Positions 22,858-33,176 of a DNA stretch of 64,000 nt are shown in pieces; position 1 is the stretch's first letter; the number at the start of each line of letters is the position of its first letter. This DNA is from Synechococcus sp. (GTDB taxonomy: Bacteria; Cyanobacteriota; Cyanobacteriia; PCC-6307; Cyanobiaceae). The DNA lies in NCBI GenBank assembly GCA_047285535.1, contig JBJBDC010000001.1, positions 384,136 to 448,135 of the forward strand, given 5' to 3'. The position numbers and the translations under genes are program-made. A model generated the notes under the pieces. That model saw only the letters and a program-made list of their open reading frames with translations. It made no database searches and was not told where the DNA came from.

Positions 22858-23342
22858 ATGCTTCTAGTAAGGCAGTCAGGACAGACCGCTCGAACGTTCA
22901 AACTTGATTCAATTAATTCAAATCCAAAACGCTTCGCCGCTTCTTCACCCGCTTCAAGCACTGATGCGCTTTCGAATTCTTCGGTGCGGCCGCAACGAAC
23001 GCAAATTAAATGATGATGATCGCCATGATCACCACCTGCAAGTTCGAAACGACGTCCTCCATCACTCAGTTCGAGCTCCTGCAAAAACCCCATGTCGACA
23101 AGGAGTCTCAGCGTGCGATAGATCGTCGCTAATGAGACCCGTGCTTTGGAGTCCACCAGAAGCCGATGGACATCCTCAGCACTGAGGTGAGTGCCCCCAC
23201 CAATGTGCTCAAAAAGATCAAGTATTAGACGTCGTTGAGGAGTAAGGCGTCTTCCATCCTTATGTAATCCATGCTCTAGGGGACCCTCACTCGGAGCTGG
23301 CGACGAAGCGATTGGCACCTGCACCGGAACGACTCTTCTCAA
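22851..23342 (-). CDS. Fur-family transcriptional regulator
   Basis: RLTPQR, HLSAEDV, SLATIYRTL, HHHLICVRCG, C-terminal CxxC. Confidence 0.92.
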   Translation of the reverse strand: MRRVVPVQVPIASSPAPSEGPLEHGLHKDGRRLTPQRRLILDLFEHIGGGTHLSAEDVHRLLVDSKARVSLATIYRTLRLLVDMGFLQELELSDGGRRFELAGGDHGDHHHLICVRCGRTEEFESASVLEAGEEAAKRFGFELIESSLNVRAVCPDCLTRSIQ

Positions 23343-23469
23343 CAGTACCCACTAATGCGAGCGTAAGCAGAACAAGGATTTGTATCTTCCAAGAAGTCAG
23401 GCTGAAATCCACATCACAGTTTTGATTGGTCGGAAGACCGGTAAGGTTTAATTCAGTTCGTTCAAGACT

Positions 23470-23706
23470 GTGTCTAGCTCATGGCGAGTTTGGATGCGCT
23501 TTGTCGCTAGTGGGCTGTTCCTTCTAGCCCACGGATTATTGGTGCTCGAGTACGTAGCTCTTGGAACGGCACTCCATGGAATTGCTGAGATCTTTCTTGC
23601 CCCCTGGGCCATCCGTCATAGAGCCTGGGATTTGATTGTGATCGGTGTAGTTTTCTGCGTCTTCGATCTGTGGGGAACGCTCAGGCTCACACTTGTCATC
23701 GGTTGA
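23470..23706 (+). CDS. Small membrane protein
   Basis: 78 aa hydrophobic ORF. Confidence 0.6.
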   Translation: MSSSWRVWMRFVASGLFLLAHGLLVLEYVALGTALHGIAEIFLAPWAIRHRAWDLIVIGVVFCVFDLWGTLRLTLVIG

Positions 23707-23713
23707 AGAGACG

Positions 23714-24064
23714 CTATTCAATCCACCAACGCTGAACCAATCCAGTGGTATTAGACGAGGGCGATGGGATCGTCACCACCGAAAGTCGCTGCTGATTACG
23801 GGCATAGTCGTAACGGCAAAAGCCAACACCGGTACCAGAACATGACGACAGAGCTGGCAAAGCAGCGCCAGATTGATTGCGATGCAAGCCCTCAACGGTT
23901 TGATCGGGTTGTGGCGACCAGCCTGAGGCCAACAGAGAGGCATCAGCAGCCCGAATGGACTGACCGACTTGCAGTTGTACTGACGATGGAGAGATCGAGT
24001 CTGCAATGACAGCAGAATTACTTACTAATGGCAAGATCCAGAGCGCAGAGCGCAATCCTTTCAT
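23714..24064 (-). CDS. Secreted hypothetical protein
   Basis: Signal peptide; LLASGW.P and CSGTGVGFC motif. Confidence 0.65.
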   Translation of the reverse strand: MKGLRSALWILPLVSNSAVIADSISPSSVQLQVGQSIRAADASLLASGWSPQPDQTVEGLHRNQSGAALPALSSCSGTGVGFCRYDYARNQQRLSVVTIPSPSSNTTGLVQRWWIE

Positions 24065-24423
24065 TTTTCATGCCATGGCTGACTTCGGCATAGCTACAAC
24101 TGTGGCTGAGCGTCATCATCGAAATGAAACGCTGGGAACCAATCAGCTCTTCATCTCTTTCACCCCTGTCATTGTTCAGATTGATTGGGCAATGATGAAA
24201 CAAAACCTTAAGGTTCGAGATTACCGATCCAAAGACAGGGGAGAACGCGAGCATTGCTTTGGGAGTGTATTGACAGGAAAGCCAGGCATAAGAAATCAAC
24301 AAATCTACGAACAGATCAGAGTCAAGGATGAAGGCTCATTGCAACAAACCATTCTCTCGGTCAACACTTCACGCCAACTGGAAACGATGCTGCTAAGAAG
24401 GAATCAGGACCACTCAACAAACA

Positions 24424-24657
24424 ATGTCTGCTCAGGCCGTTATCGATCTTGCTAATGCCATCAAAGCCGATGCGAACTTGAGGGAGCTATGTGCTTCTAG
24501 TCATTGTTCCGATGTGGATGATCAATGCTTAGTCGCAAAGCAAAAAGGTTTTGATCTACATCCTCGTGATTTTGATGAATTTGCTAATGGAGATCTGATA
24601 GAAAGGAACGACGAAGATACTTTTCTCAAGCCATCATGGTGGGATCGGATTTCATAG
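24424..24657 (+). CDS. Nif11-like small protein
   Basis: MS.....L...IKADANLRE...VAKQKGF pattern. Confidence 0.55.
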   Translation: MSAQAVIDLANAIKADANLRELCASSHCSDVDDQCLVAKQKGFDLHPRDFDEFANGDLIERNDEDTFLKPSWWDRIS

Positions 24658-24878
24658 TCACAACCGTGAGTATTTAACTTTCTCTACACGTAATCGCTAA
24701 AATTTAAGATTATTCAGTTGCTGCTTGAATGGCTGGGCCTTGACTCGCCGCCACAATATATCATTGTTGTTTTTGCTTTTGTCTCAAGGCAAGAGGAAGG
24801 TAAAGAGCTTTTAATTGATGGAGCAATCCAGATATTGTAACCAATGATGACCCAGTTCACTGTTTCATGATTAAATGA

Positions 24879-25916
24879 ATGCCTATTAATTTTATGAATT
24901 CAAAGTCAATGCAGAGCAAGATCTGTCGACGAATTCTTATCACTGGGGGGACTTCAGGAATTGGATTAGAAGCATGCAAAATTTTATCGCTTCAGGGCCA
25001 TCACCTTACGCTTCTATGCAGAACACAAGACCGTTGCCATCAAGCTCAATCTGTTCTCACAAGAGCTGATATTGATCCGAGAAAGATTGAAACCATGATA
25101 ATGGACCTTAACGACTTGCATAGTATTGAAGATGGATGTACAAGGATTGTTGAAAATGATCACCTTATTGATACCATTGTCTTAAATGCAGGCATTCAAA
25201 ATGTAGGGATTCGAGAGCCTAAATATAATGATCATGGAATTGAAGAAACATTTTGCGTTAACCACCTCGCCCATCAGTTGATTCTAATACGCCTATTGCC
25301 TCTTTTACTACAAAGCAAGAGGCCGCGATTGGTGATCACCAGTTCTGAAGTTCACAATCCAATCAGTGGAGGCGGTCGAGTTGGTCGGCCAGCCTCGCTT
25401 GGCAAGCTAGAGGGCTTGCGACAACACATCGGCTTTGAAATGATCGATGGTCGAAAGCCATTCGATGCAGATAAGGCGTATAAGGATAGTAAGCTATGTA
25501 ATATTTTGATGGCTCGAGAAGTTTCGAATCAACTTCAAAAAAAACAACAGATTATTCCTGTCATTGCGTGGAGTCCTGGTCTTGTTATCCCTAGGACAAA
25601 TGGAGGATTGTTTAGAATTAGTCGACTGAAAAATCCAATTGGTATTGCTCTTTTTGCTTTCATTGCAAGAGATTTGCTTCGGTTAACAGAAACTCTTCCA
25701 AGGGCGGGTTCTCTGCTGGCGGATCTAAGTCAAGATGATCGATTTGATGGGGACGGATTTAGATATTTTAGCAATGTACTTGTCCGACCTGGCTCTCATC
25801 AATTTAAGGAAATAGCTACGAGTACAGACGCTGCAGATGAGCTTATGGGACAAGAGCTATGGAGACTTAGCGAACTCTTAATTATGAAAAGCCTGAAATT
25901 GGAAGTTGAAGGTTGA
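24879..25916 (+). CDS. SDR-family oxidoreductase (protochlorophyllide reductase-like)
   Basis: TGGTSGIG, LNAG, VNHLAH, YKDSKLCN, WSPGLV. Confidence 0.85.
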   Translation: MPINFMNSKSMQSKICRRILITGGTSGIGLEACKILSLQGHHLTLLCRTQDRCHQAQSVLTRADIDPRKIETMIMDLNDLHSIEDGCTRIVENDHLIDTIVLNAGIQNVGIREPKYNDHGIEETFCVNHLAHQLILIRLLPLLLQSKRPRLVITSSEVHNPISGGGRVGRPASLGKLEGLRQHIGFEMIDGRKPFDADKAYKDSKLCNILMAREVSNQLQKKQQIIPVIAWSPGLVIPRTNGGLFRISRLKNPIGIALFAFIARDLLRLTETLPRAGSLLADLSQDDRFDGDGFRYFSNVLVRPGSHQFKEIATSTDAADELMGQELWRLSELLIMKSLKLEVEG

Positions 25917-26716
25917 TAAAATACTGCCTGCTATTTTTGTTATTGGTTATGCTAGATCGTGTTGAAGTTTGTCTTGCAATTGTTAAATTTATTGAATAGA
26001 TGTCCGTTTGGGCTCATCGGCTGGAATCATTCTGAAATGACCCTTCCGATTTGCTGATTAGCTTGATCTCATCGACGCCAATGTACGCATCATTGACTAG
26101 CCTCAAAGAGGTGAAGGAGCTCCTTGAAAATGACTAAGAGACTCTGCTGGAATTCGAGGAATTTAGGCCTGCCAGCTGTGAGACAGGGTGGGGTAAGTAC
26201 AGGGCAATAGATTAAGAATGCTACCTGTAGACCTGCTACGACCCTACAAGGAGGTGTCTAATGTACTTAGATATCTTGATAGTCTTCTACAGCAACCAGG
26301 ACAAGGTTTATTTGCCAATAAATATTTAAGGGCTGAGGCCTTTGCTGGATATGTGGATATTGGTATGGACACTTACGAATTAGAGATAGGATGTCTATCG
26401 CTTAAATATCCAGCATGAAACTTAAGCGTCCTGGACGCTTCTTCGTATAAGACTGATGTTCATCTGATTCGATCAGCTATTATTCAAAACCATTTTATAG
26501 ATTGTGATATTTAGAGCAAATTGACTGTTGTAGATTATCTAATCGCTGTACTCGACATAATTGTAAAATCTCTTGGCATAATCAAAAAACATGTTAAGTC
26601 TACTTGCTCTATATCGGAAGAAAGGCCGATGAAATTGAGGGGGATTCAAGGTTTTAACGGCTATATATATTGACATGCATTACAAAGGTTATTGGGGGCA
26701 ATCGATTGACTCCAAA

Positions 26717-27181
26717 TCAAGATTGCGCCCAGAGTCCTAATGGACAATCTTGATTGCTGATCGATTCGATTGTGTTGTAAACCATTGCCTCCCAGTTTGA
26801 TGCAGGTAGACCTGCGAACAGCATCAAGTTGAGCGGGTACTGATCCGAATCGGTGCAACGACGAAAGTCATCTCGAAATAGAAAGACAGGCTTTCTCAGC
26901 GCGTAAGCAGCTCCCAATTCCACCATGACTCCTTCATCCGGCGGATTTCCGTTCACGATGGCGAAGATCCCATCAGCTCTCCGGATATCTTGCATGCATT
27001 GCTGCGCGACTCGATAAGCCCAGCCTGGTTGTGTTGTATCTATATCCTCATTCCGCTCAAATGGCTCCCAGACGTTAAGTCCGTGGTGTTCGAGTGCTTT
27101 AACAAATTCAGGAATTAATAGTCGCTTACTCTGTGCAGAAAATCCATAGGGAGATGCTAGGTAAATTGTTTTAGAGTTCAT
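26717..27181 (-). CDS. Nucleoside 2-deoxyribosyltransferase family
   Basis: IYLASPYGFS, PDEGVMVELG, NLML. Confidence 0.85.
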   Translation of the reverse strand: MNSKTIYLASPYGFSAQSKRLLIPEFVKALEHHGLNVWEPFERNEDIDTTQPGWAYRVAQQCMQDIRRADGIFAIVNGNPPDEGVMVELGAAYALRKPVFLFRDDFRRCTDSDQYPLNLMLFAGLPASNWEAMVYNTIESISNQDCPLGLWAQS

Positions 27182-27191
27182 CACTTGTGTC

Positions 27192-27596
27192 TCAGGGTGT
27201 AATGGATCTAGAGGCTTGGTAACGACGTTCATCCTCTGTAGCTAGGTCTAAGTTTTCCCAAGGGAAAAGCAACCATTCATCAGTGGACTTGGTGATGACT
27301 GCATCCCACCACTCTGGCGCTCGCTTGCTGACCCATACTACAAAAGTAGCGTCAATCTTTGCACGTATGATCTTTAGTGTCTTGCCTGTTTCATAGACAT
27401 CATCAACTATCAGGCAGCCATTCTTGGGTTCATTGAGTAATGGAAGTGTAAGCCTATGACTTAGTGCTACTCCCAGGCAGAGACCACCACGTGGTACCCC
27501 ATAGATCCCTGTTAGCGAATGGGAAGCATATCGTTTACCAATGGCTTCTACCGCGCTATCAAATTGTTCCCATGAAAGCTTTTGCATTAGTGGCAC
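27192..27596 (-). CDS. Purine phosphoribosyltransferase-like protein
   Basis: GVPRGGL, LIVDDVYETGKT PRPP loop, WLLFPWE. Confidence 0.85.
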   Translation of the reverse strand: MPLMQKLSWEQFDSAVEAIGKRYASHSLTGIYGVPRGGLCLGVALSHRLTLPLLNEPKNGCLIVDDVYETGKTLKIIRAKIDATFVVWVSKRAPEWWDAVITKSTDEWLLFPWENLDLATEDERRYQASRSITP

Positions 27597-27891
27597 TTTG
27601 GCTTTGAGTTTTATATGATCCGGGTGGAATTGCTTCCGTATGCCTGTCAGAGATACGTTGACATTAGGATATTCGTTCGTGTTTTAATCAGGTTCTTTGT
27701 TTGCTTTTTGATCATCCCAGTATTAGAGGCCCCTTTGTCATTGGTTTCAGTCGACTGTTTCCACGCAAATGAGAATGATTGCCCTTGTTTTGTTTGGTTA
27801 TCCATGTCTTTTGAAATATTGATCTAGTGCGTAGTGATTTTGATCTGTAGGCGTTTCCTTGATCAATCCTTCTAGGGTTTCGTTTATTCGC

Positions 27892-28212
27892 TTATTTCAT
27901 TTCGCAAAGTGGATCTGGGATTGAATCGCTTGGTGCTTTGAATTGTCCCTGGGCGACATGTTCCAGCCGCAGCTTCATGAAGGTAATGAAGCTTGAGTCT
28001 GTAGAAATCACTGCAGCCGCAGGTTGCGGAACCATGGCTTTAATCTCTGCCAGTTCTGGTGCATTTAGGAAGTCTGGACGATGCACAAGCCAGAAATCAA
28101 TGTCTTTACCTTTCTCTCCGTAATGGCGTCGCCTTTCCTTGAGGACTTCTTCAAGTGGTTCTTCCACCAATAGAAAGTGTGCACTTGCAGCTACAAAATA
28201 ATAAGTACTCAT
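27892..28212 (-). CDS. ycf54: MgPME cyclase auxiliary protein Ycf54
   Basis: YYFVAAS..FL..EEPLEEVL.ER, DFWLV, FMKLRL. Confidence 0.9.
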   Translation of the reverse strand: MSTYYFVAASAHFLLVEEPLEEVLKERRRHYGEKGKDIDFWLVHRPDFLNAPELAEIKAMVPQPAAAVISTDSSFITFMKLRLEHVAQGQFKAPSDSIPDPLCEMK

Positions 28213-28216
28213 GAAC

Positions 28217-28960
28217 TTAATTGCTTCCAAAGAGAGGTTCGCGTCTGGGGTTTTGAATAAGACACTTCATCTCGCGTACGGCTTCTTGTAGGCCAATGGC
28301 TAGGGCACGAGCGATGATGGTATGTCCAATGTTGAGCTCTTCCATTCCCTCAATCGCGGCAATGGGTTCAACGTTTTGGTAAGTCAATCCATGTCCTGCA
28401 TTGACCCGTAAACCCATGGAACGCGCTTGATGGGTGGCCTCTGTGATTTGTGCAAGAGTTATGGGCTGATCTTCCCAGCTGGCCTCAGCATAACGACCTG
28501 TATGGAGTTCAACCCATGTGGCACCGCTTTCTTGGCAGGCTTCTAGTTGATTTTGATCTGGATCAACGAACAGACTCACAGGGATCTTGTTGCTCTGAAG
28601 CGTTTCGATCACCGAGGACAAGGCTTGCCGTTGCTTCCTGACGTCTAACCCTCCCTCAGTTGTGATTTCTTGGCGCCTTTCCGGCACCAGGGTGACCATA
28701 TCGGGTCTTTCGCGCAGTGCGATTTTTACCATCTCAGGCGTGGCAGCCATTTCTAGATTCAAGCGAGTTCGAACGGTTTGTCGCAAAAGGTTTAGATCAC
28801 GATCTTGAATGTGTCGGCGATCTTCCCTGAGATGAATGGTGATCCCATCAGCTCCACCGAGTTCAGCTAAGAGAGCCATCGGCACTGGATCGGGTTCCAC
28901 TGTTTGCCTGGCTTGCCGGATCGTGGCAATGTGATCAATATTGATTCCGAGACTGGCCAC
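28217..28960 (-). CDS. pdxJ: Pyridoxine 5'-phosphate synthase
   Basis: [32 protein letters not shown]. Confidence 0.96.
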   Translation of the reverse strand: MASLGINIDHIATIRQARQTVEPDPVPMALLAELGGADGITIHLREDRRHIQDRDLNLLRQTVRTRLNLEMAATPEMVKIALRERPDMVTLVPERRQEITTEGGLDVRKQRQALSSVIETLQSNKIPVSLFVDPDQNQLEACQESGATWVELHTGRYAEASWEDQPITLAQITEATHQARSMGLRVNAGHGLTYQNVEPIAAIEGMEELNIGHTIIARALAIGLQEAVREMKCLIQNPRREPLFGSN

Positions 28961-29093
28961 AAACCTCTTACCAACACCTAATTCTATGGGCGTGTGGTCA
29001 ATGAACGAGACGCCGCTTCAACTGCACAAACTGAGGAGATGATGAGGCGCTAGCCCCTTAAATTTCCTATTTGTAAAACAGCGGTATTAAGCC

Positions 29094-29792
29094 GTGCAAG
29101 GCGCTCTGACTAATAGAGGAGAGGTTCTGGGTTCTGGGATGAATCCGTTCTGGTCATCGCTTGCGATGTTTTTCACGCAAGATTTGGCCTTGCCTTTGTA
29201 TTTCCGAGAACGTGTTGTTCTTGGTGCCAATAATCTCCCTAACGATGGGCCAGTGCTCTTAGCACCCACCCATCGGGCTCGCTGGGATGCTCTCATCTTG
29301 CCCATGGCAGCAGGTCGGCGAGTCACAGGACGTGATTGCCGGTTCATGGTTACAAGAAGTGAAATGACAGGTTTTCAAGGGTGGTTCTTACACCGTCTTG
29401 GTTGTTTTCCTGTTGATCAGGGACGTCCAACCCTGACATCTCTTCGTTATGCCATTGATCTTTTGACGAATGGTCACCAGGTTGTGGTGTTTCCAGAGGG
29501 GAAAATCAACCGAACAGACGAACCGATTCGTTTACGGCCAGGACTCGTCCGTCTTGCACATCTCGCCAAAACGAATGGAATTCCCGTCACTGTCGTACCG
29601 GTTGGTATCGCCTATAGCGAACCCAATCCCTCTGCTTTTGGTCGTTCTGCCATCTGCTTTGAGTCTCCCTTGCTCGCCGAGGGAACCGGAAGGGATGCGG
29701 CTGCTCGTATGAGTCAGCGATTAGTCGAACGCATGCATACGGCTGAACAAGCGGCCCGACAGGCTGTGGGCCGACCCCTAAGAAGCCATTAA
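29094..29792 (+). CDS. plsC: 1-acyl-sn-glycerol-3-phosphate acyltransferase
   Basis: THRARWD (HxxxxD), FPEG. Confidence 0.85.
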   Translation: MQGALTNRGEVLGSGMNPFWSSLAMFFTQDLALPLYFRERVVLGANNLPNDGPVLLAPTHRARWDALILPMAAGRRVTGRDCRFMVTRSEMTGFQGWFLHRLGCFPVDQGRPTLTSLRYAIDLLTNGHQVVVFPEGKINRTDEPIRLRPGLVRLAHLAKTNGIPVTVVPVGIAYSEPNPSAFGRSAICFESPLLAEGTGRDAAARMSQRLVERMHTAEQAARQAVGRPLRSH

Positions 29793-29818
29793 AGTCCGCC
29801 CACTGTTCTGCTTAGTTC

Positions 29819-30358
29819 ATGCGTTCCCGTTTCACGATTACTGCTATGGCCTTAATGGCCGGATTGGCTTTCTCTCCTGTTCAGGTTTTAGCGCAGTCCT
29901 CGGAGGGACCTAATCCCTCTGTGAGCAAGGTGTTGGCATCAGGTGGAGCTGGTTTCAATGTTGCTGCTGTCCGTACTCTTCTTAATCGCGGCGATGCTGC
30001 AGTGGCATCAGGCAATCTGGATCAAGCCAAGACTGATTACGACAATGCTCGTACAGCAGCGAAGCAACTTCTGGCTTTTTATAGAGATTTAAGTGGTGCC
30101 TTCAGAGGTCTTGATGCTCGTATCCCTAGGGAAATGGATTCAAAAGGACGGGAAGCTCTATCCCTATTGGCACAAGCAAATTTGCGTTTAGCGGCTCTGT
30201 TCAGACGTCAGAATCAACCAGAGGTCGCTGTGCCAGTGCTGGTCGAGGTGGTGCGTTTGATGACTCCTGCCAGCACCGAAGGCCAGAAGGCCTATCAAAG
30301 CTTGGTGGAACTCGGGTTTGTCGAGACACCCTTTGCTGGCGCGAAGGCCACCCCATAA
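29819..30358 (+). CDS. Conserved secreted TPR-like cyanobacterial protein
   Basis: Signal peptide, F.GLDARI..EM motif. Confidence 0.75.
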   Translation: MRSRFTITAMALMAGLAFSPVQVLAQSSEGPNPSVSKVLASGGAGFNVAAVRTLLNRGDAAVASGNLDQAKTDYDNARTAAKQLLAFYRDLSGAFRGLDARIPREMDSKGREALSLLAQANLRLAALFRRQNQPEVAVPVLVEVVRLMTPASTEGQKAYQSLVELGFVETPFAGAKATP

Positions 30359-30428
30359 GCAGCCATCGACCAGAAGACTCACCAACGTCGTTGATCTGCC
30401 AGCATCACCTCAGTTCAACTGCGTGTGC

Positions 30429-30662
30429 ATGGTTCAGCCAGATGCTGTGAGTTCGGCGATTCGCCGAGCTCTTCCAGATGCTCAGGTTTCAGTCGAAGAC
30501 CTCACAGGAGGTGGGGACCATCTACAGGTGACAGTGGTCTCCTCCAAATTCGAGGGTCTTAACCGAATCAAGCAGCACCAATTGGTGTATGGCGCGTTGC
30601 GCGAGGATCTTGCCAGCGAGGCCATTCATGCATTAGCCCTTGTTACATCAACACCTGGCTAA
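30429..30662 (+). CDS. bolA: BolA-family protein
   Basis: [23 protein letters not shown]. Confidence 0.9.
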   Translation: MVQPDAVSSAIRRALPDAQVSVEDLTGGGDHLQVTVVSSKFEGLNRIKQHQLVYGALREDLASEAIHALALVTSTPG

Positions 30663-30708
30663 TTGCTCGATCGTTAAGTCTTCAATTCCTATTTACCCTC
30701 TCCGACCC

Positions 30709-31032
30709 ATGGATTCCAAAACAAAAGAGCGTATCGAGACACTGATCAACTCCAGTCCGATTTTTGTCTTCATGAAGGGTACGAAGCTTATGCCTCAGTG
30801 CGGGTTCTCAAACAATGTTGTTCAAATTCTCAATGCTCTTGGAATGAGTTTTGAGACCTTTGATGTTTTGACAGATATGGAAATACGTCAGGGAATCAAG
30901 GATTATTCCGAATGGCCAACCATTCCTCAGGTTTATGTCAAAGGGGAATTTATGGGTGGGTCCGACATCTTGATCGAGATGTATAACAGCGGCGAACTAA
31001 AAGAGAAATTAGAAGTTGAACTCGCTAGCTAG
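30709..31032 (+). CDS. grxD: Monothiol glutaredoxin
   Basis: CGFS, WPTIPQ, GGSDI. Confidence 0.95.
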   Translation: MDSKTKERIETLINSSPIFVFMKGTKLMPQCGFSNNVVQILNALGMSFETFDVLTDMEIRQGIKDYSEWPTIPQVYVKGEFMGGSDILIEMYNSGELKEKLEVELAS

Positions 31033-31039
31033 TCCTCCC

Positions 31040-31312
31040 TTACCAATCGCGACGGGGATGGCTGAACAGGGTGCTGACATCCCCATCAGGTCCGATAAAG
31101 CTTGATGGGTCCATGATCCAGCGTTCAATCATCTCCTCAAGTCGGGTCATTTCTCTTGTTTCCAAAGCGCTTGATCGTCTTAGAGCGTGTAGATAGCCAT
31201 CGGCATAAAGCCTCAGCTCTGATGGACTGTGATATCTGGTGGTCAGTTCCTGACACGCATCGCACAGCGACTGGAAGTGTCGAATGGCCTCCGGATGCTG
31301 AAGGGATGTCAT
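31040..31312 (-). CDS. Conserved hypothetical cyanobacterial protein
   Basis: IRHFQ.LCDA...LRLY.DGYL motif. Confidence 0.75.
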   Translation of the reverse strand: MTSLQHPEAIRHFQSLCDACQELTTRYHSPSELRLYADGYLHALRRSSALETREMTRLEEMIERWIMDPSSFIGPDGDVSTLFSHPRRDW

Positions 31313-31388
31313 CTTTAATGTGTGCTGAAGCCTCTGCTACCAGCTATCGGTGGAATGGTACTAGCGTAAGCACGATTTTCCCTGCTGT

Positions 31389-32153
31389 GTGACCTCTTTA
31401 TCTCGGGATCTTCTGGACAACAGTTCTGATTTGGTCCCCACCTCGCAATTTGTCCCGTCTGCAGGTCAGCCCCGAGAGCCTTTCAGGGTTCTTGTGGTAG
31501 AACCCCATCCCACGCTGAGAACCGTTCTGGTTCAACGTTTGCGTCAAGACGGTCATCTGACTGCTGCGGTTGCTTCACCTGCTGAAGCTCAAGAGCTTTG
31601 TCAGGATCAATCTCCTGATTTATTGGTCAGTGCGGAGCTGCTTGAGCAAAGTTCAGCTCTGCGCCTAGCCCAGCAACTGCGCGCGCCCGTCATTGTCTTA
31701 ACAGCCCGAAATGGCGCAGAACCTGTTGTAGGACTGCTTGACGATGGCGCTGACGATGTTCTTCGTAAGCCTTTTGGGCTTGAGGAGTTAGCGGCACGCT
31801 GCCGCACATTGCTCAAACGCGGCCACAGCGGTTTGCAGGAGCGTGTCAGTGTTGGCCCCCTAGAGGTTCACCTTCTCCTTCGTCAAGTGACCTTGCGAGA
31901 AAAGCCCGTTGAGCTCAGCCCAAGAGAATTCGCTCTGCTCTGCGCATTGTTGATGCCTCCGGGAATGGTGCGCAGTCGACAGGAATTACTACGTATGGCA
32001 TGGCCACCCTTCAGCGGAGGCCCCAGATCTGTAGACACCCAAGTGCTGACCCTTCGGCGAAAGCTAGAGCAGGCAGGCTTAGGCGATGGAGGCGGTATTA
32101 CAACCGTTCGACAACAGGGCTATCGATTCAGTCTCGAAACCATTAGGGACTGA
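31389..32153 (+). CDS. OmpR-family response regulator with atypical receiver
   Basis: GADD.LRKPF..EEL.AR, winged helix RSVDTQV..LRRKL; phospho-Asp position appears substituted (PDLLVSAE). Confidence 0.88.
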   Translation: MTSLSRDLLDNSSDLVPTSQFVPSAGQPREPFRVLVVEPHPTLRTVLVQRLRQDGHLTAAVASPAEAQELCQDQSPDLLVSAELLEQSSALRLAQQLRAPVIVLTARNGAEPVVGLLDDGADDVLRKPFGLEELAARCRTLLKRGHSGLQERVSVGPLEVHLLLRQVTLREKPVELSPREFALLCALLMPPGMVRSRQELLRMAWPPFSGGPRSVDTQVLTLRRKLEQAGLGDGGGITTVRQQGYRFSLETIRD

Positions 32154-32688
32154 TGATGATGCCTTCGTGGATTGCGTAGGCAACAGCGCCTTCCCCGAGG
32201 AGCATTAGCAGCGACAGTGCTGCAAGCAACTGGTATGTCCAAGGAGGACTCAGCCTGCCAACGCCCGTAGTTTTTAAAGAGCTTTGGGCCTGCACCAGGT
32301 TGAGAAATTGATCAAAGTTTTGTAAGCGCTGCGGCAACAGACGTTGTTGTTGATCATGCGTCGTGATGTAAAAAACTTTTCCGCCTTGACTTGTCCCCAC
32401 CGGGACAAGTGCTTTCATTTGGTTCCATTCGAGGCTCCAGCCACGACGCAGTACCCAGTTGCACCACGCAGGGTGGCCGACAGCGATTCCAGTGTTTGTC
32501 AGAACGACCTGTTCACTGAGCATCGCCATTACAACGATGAATCCAATAAGAACTGCTGCTATCAGTCCAATCCGCAGGGATTCAGGCGCAAGGCTTGGCA
32601 GGGGCAAAACCAAGGCTAAATAGACAGCGATCAACGTTCCTCGGATCAGCGGCGAGATCTGAAAACAATGCCTATCGTTGCTCATCAA
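32143..32688 (-). CDS. Conserved membrane protein
   Basis: ISPLIR.TL, RRGWSL.W, TSQGG.VFY. Confidence 0.75.
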   Translation of the reverse strand: MMSNDRHCFQISPLIRGTLIAVYLALVLPLPSLAPESLRIGLIAAVLIGFIVVMAMLSEQVVLTNTGIAVGHPAWCNWVLRRGWSLEWNQMKALVPVGTSQGGKVFYITTHDQQQRLLPQRLQNFDQFLNLVQAQSSLKTTGVGRLSPPWTYQLLAALSLLMLLGEGAVAYAIHEGIIISP

Positions 32689-33176
32689 TTCTCCGGAGAA
32701 TCATCTGAAGGCTCTAACGCCTGTCTTGGTTGGTAGGACCCACTCAGCACAGTATGAGCAACATCCTGAGCTTGCTGAGGTGGCCCCTTTGCTCTCGAGG
32801 TTGTTGGTTGCTCCAGTGATGGTGTGAGAGATTGAATCTGCAATAAACCGCGCCAACATTAAGTGAACTTTGACTGGTTGAAATCATTTCTCGTCTTTTC
32901 ATCCTAATGGGTATTTAAGTTGTTAGCCGGGTTTTGAGTCGGCGTTGTTCTTCAGTGTCTTGTATGAGCCAGAAGGTGAAGGCTTTTTGGCTTCCTTTTG
33001 CTGGTAAGAATTGTTTGGTTCTCATTCATGATTACCTCATGATCTTGTCTTGATTTGTCTTTTGTTTCTAACTGCAACTCATGATTTGATGTTGATCTGT
33101 TGATGCTCAGAGTCTGATCTTCAATGCCTTTAAGGCAAAGTGATTTGACGATGTGTTTGTCTGTATAAGAAGCCCT

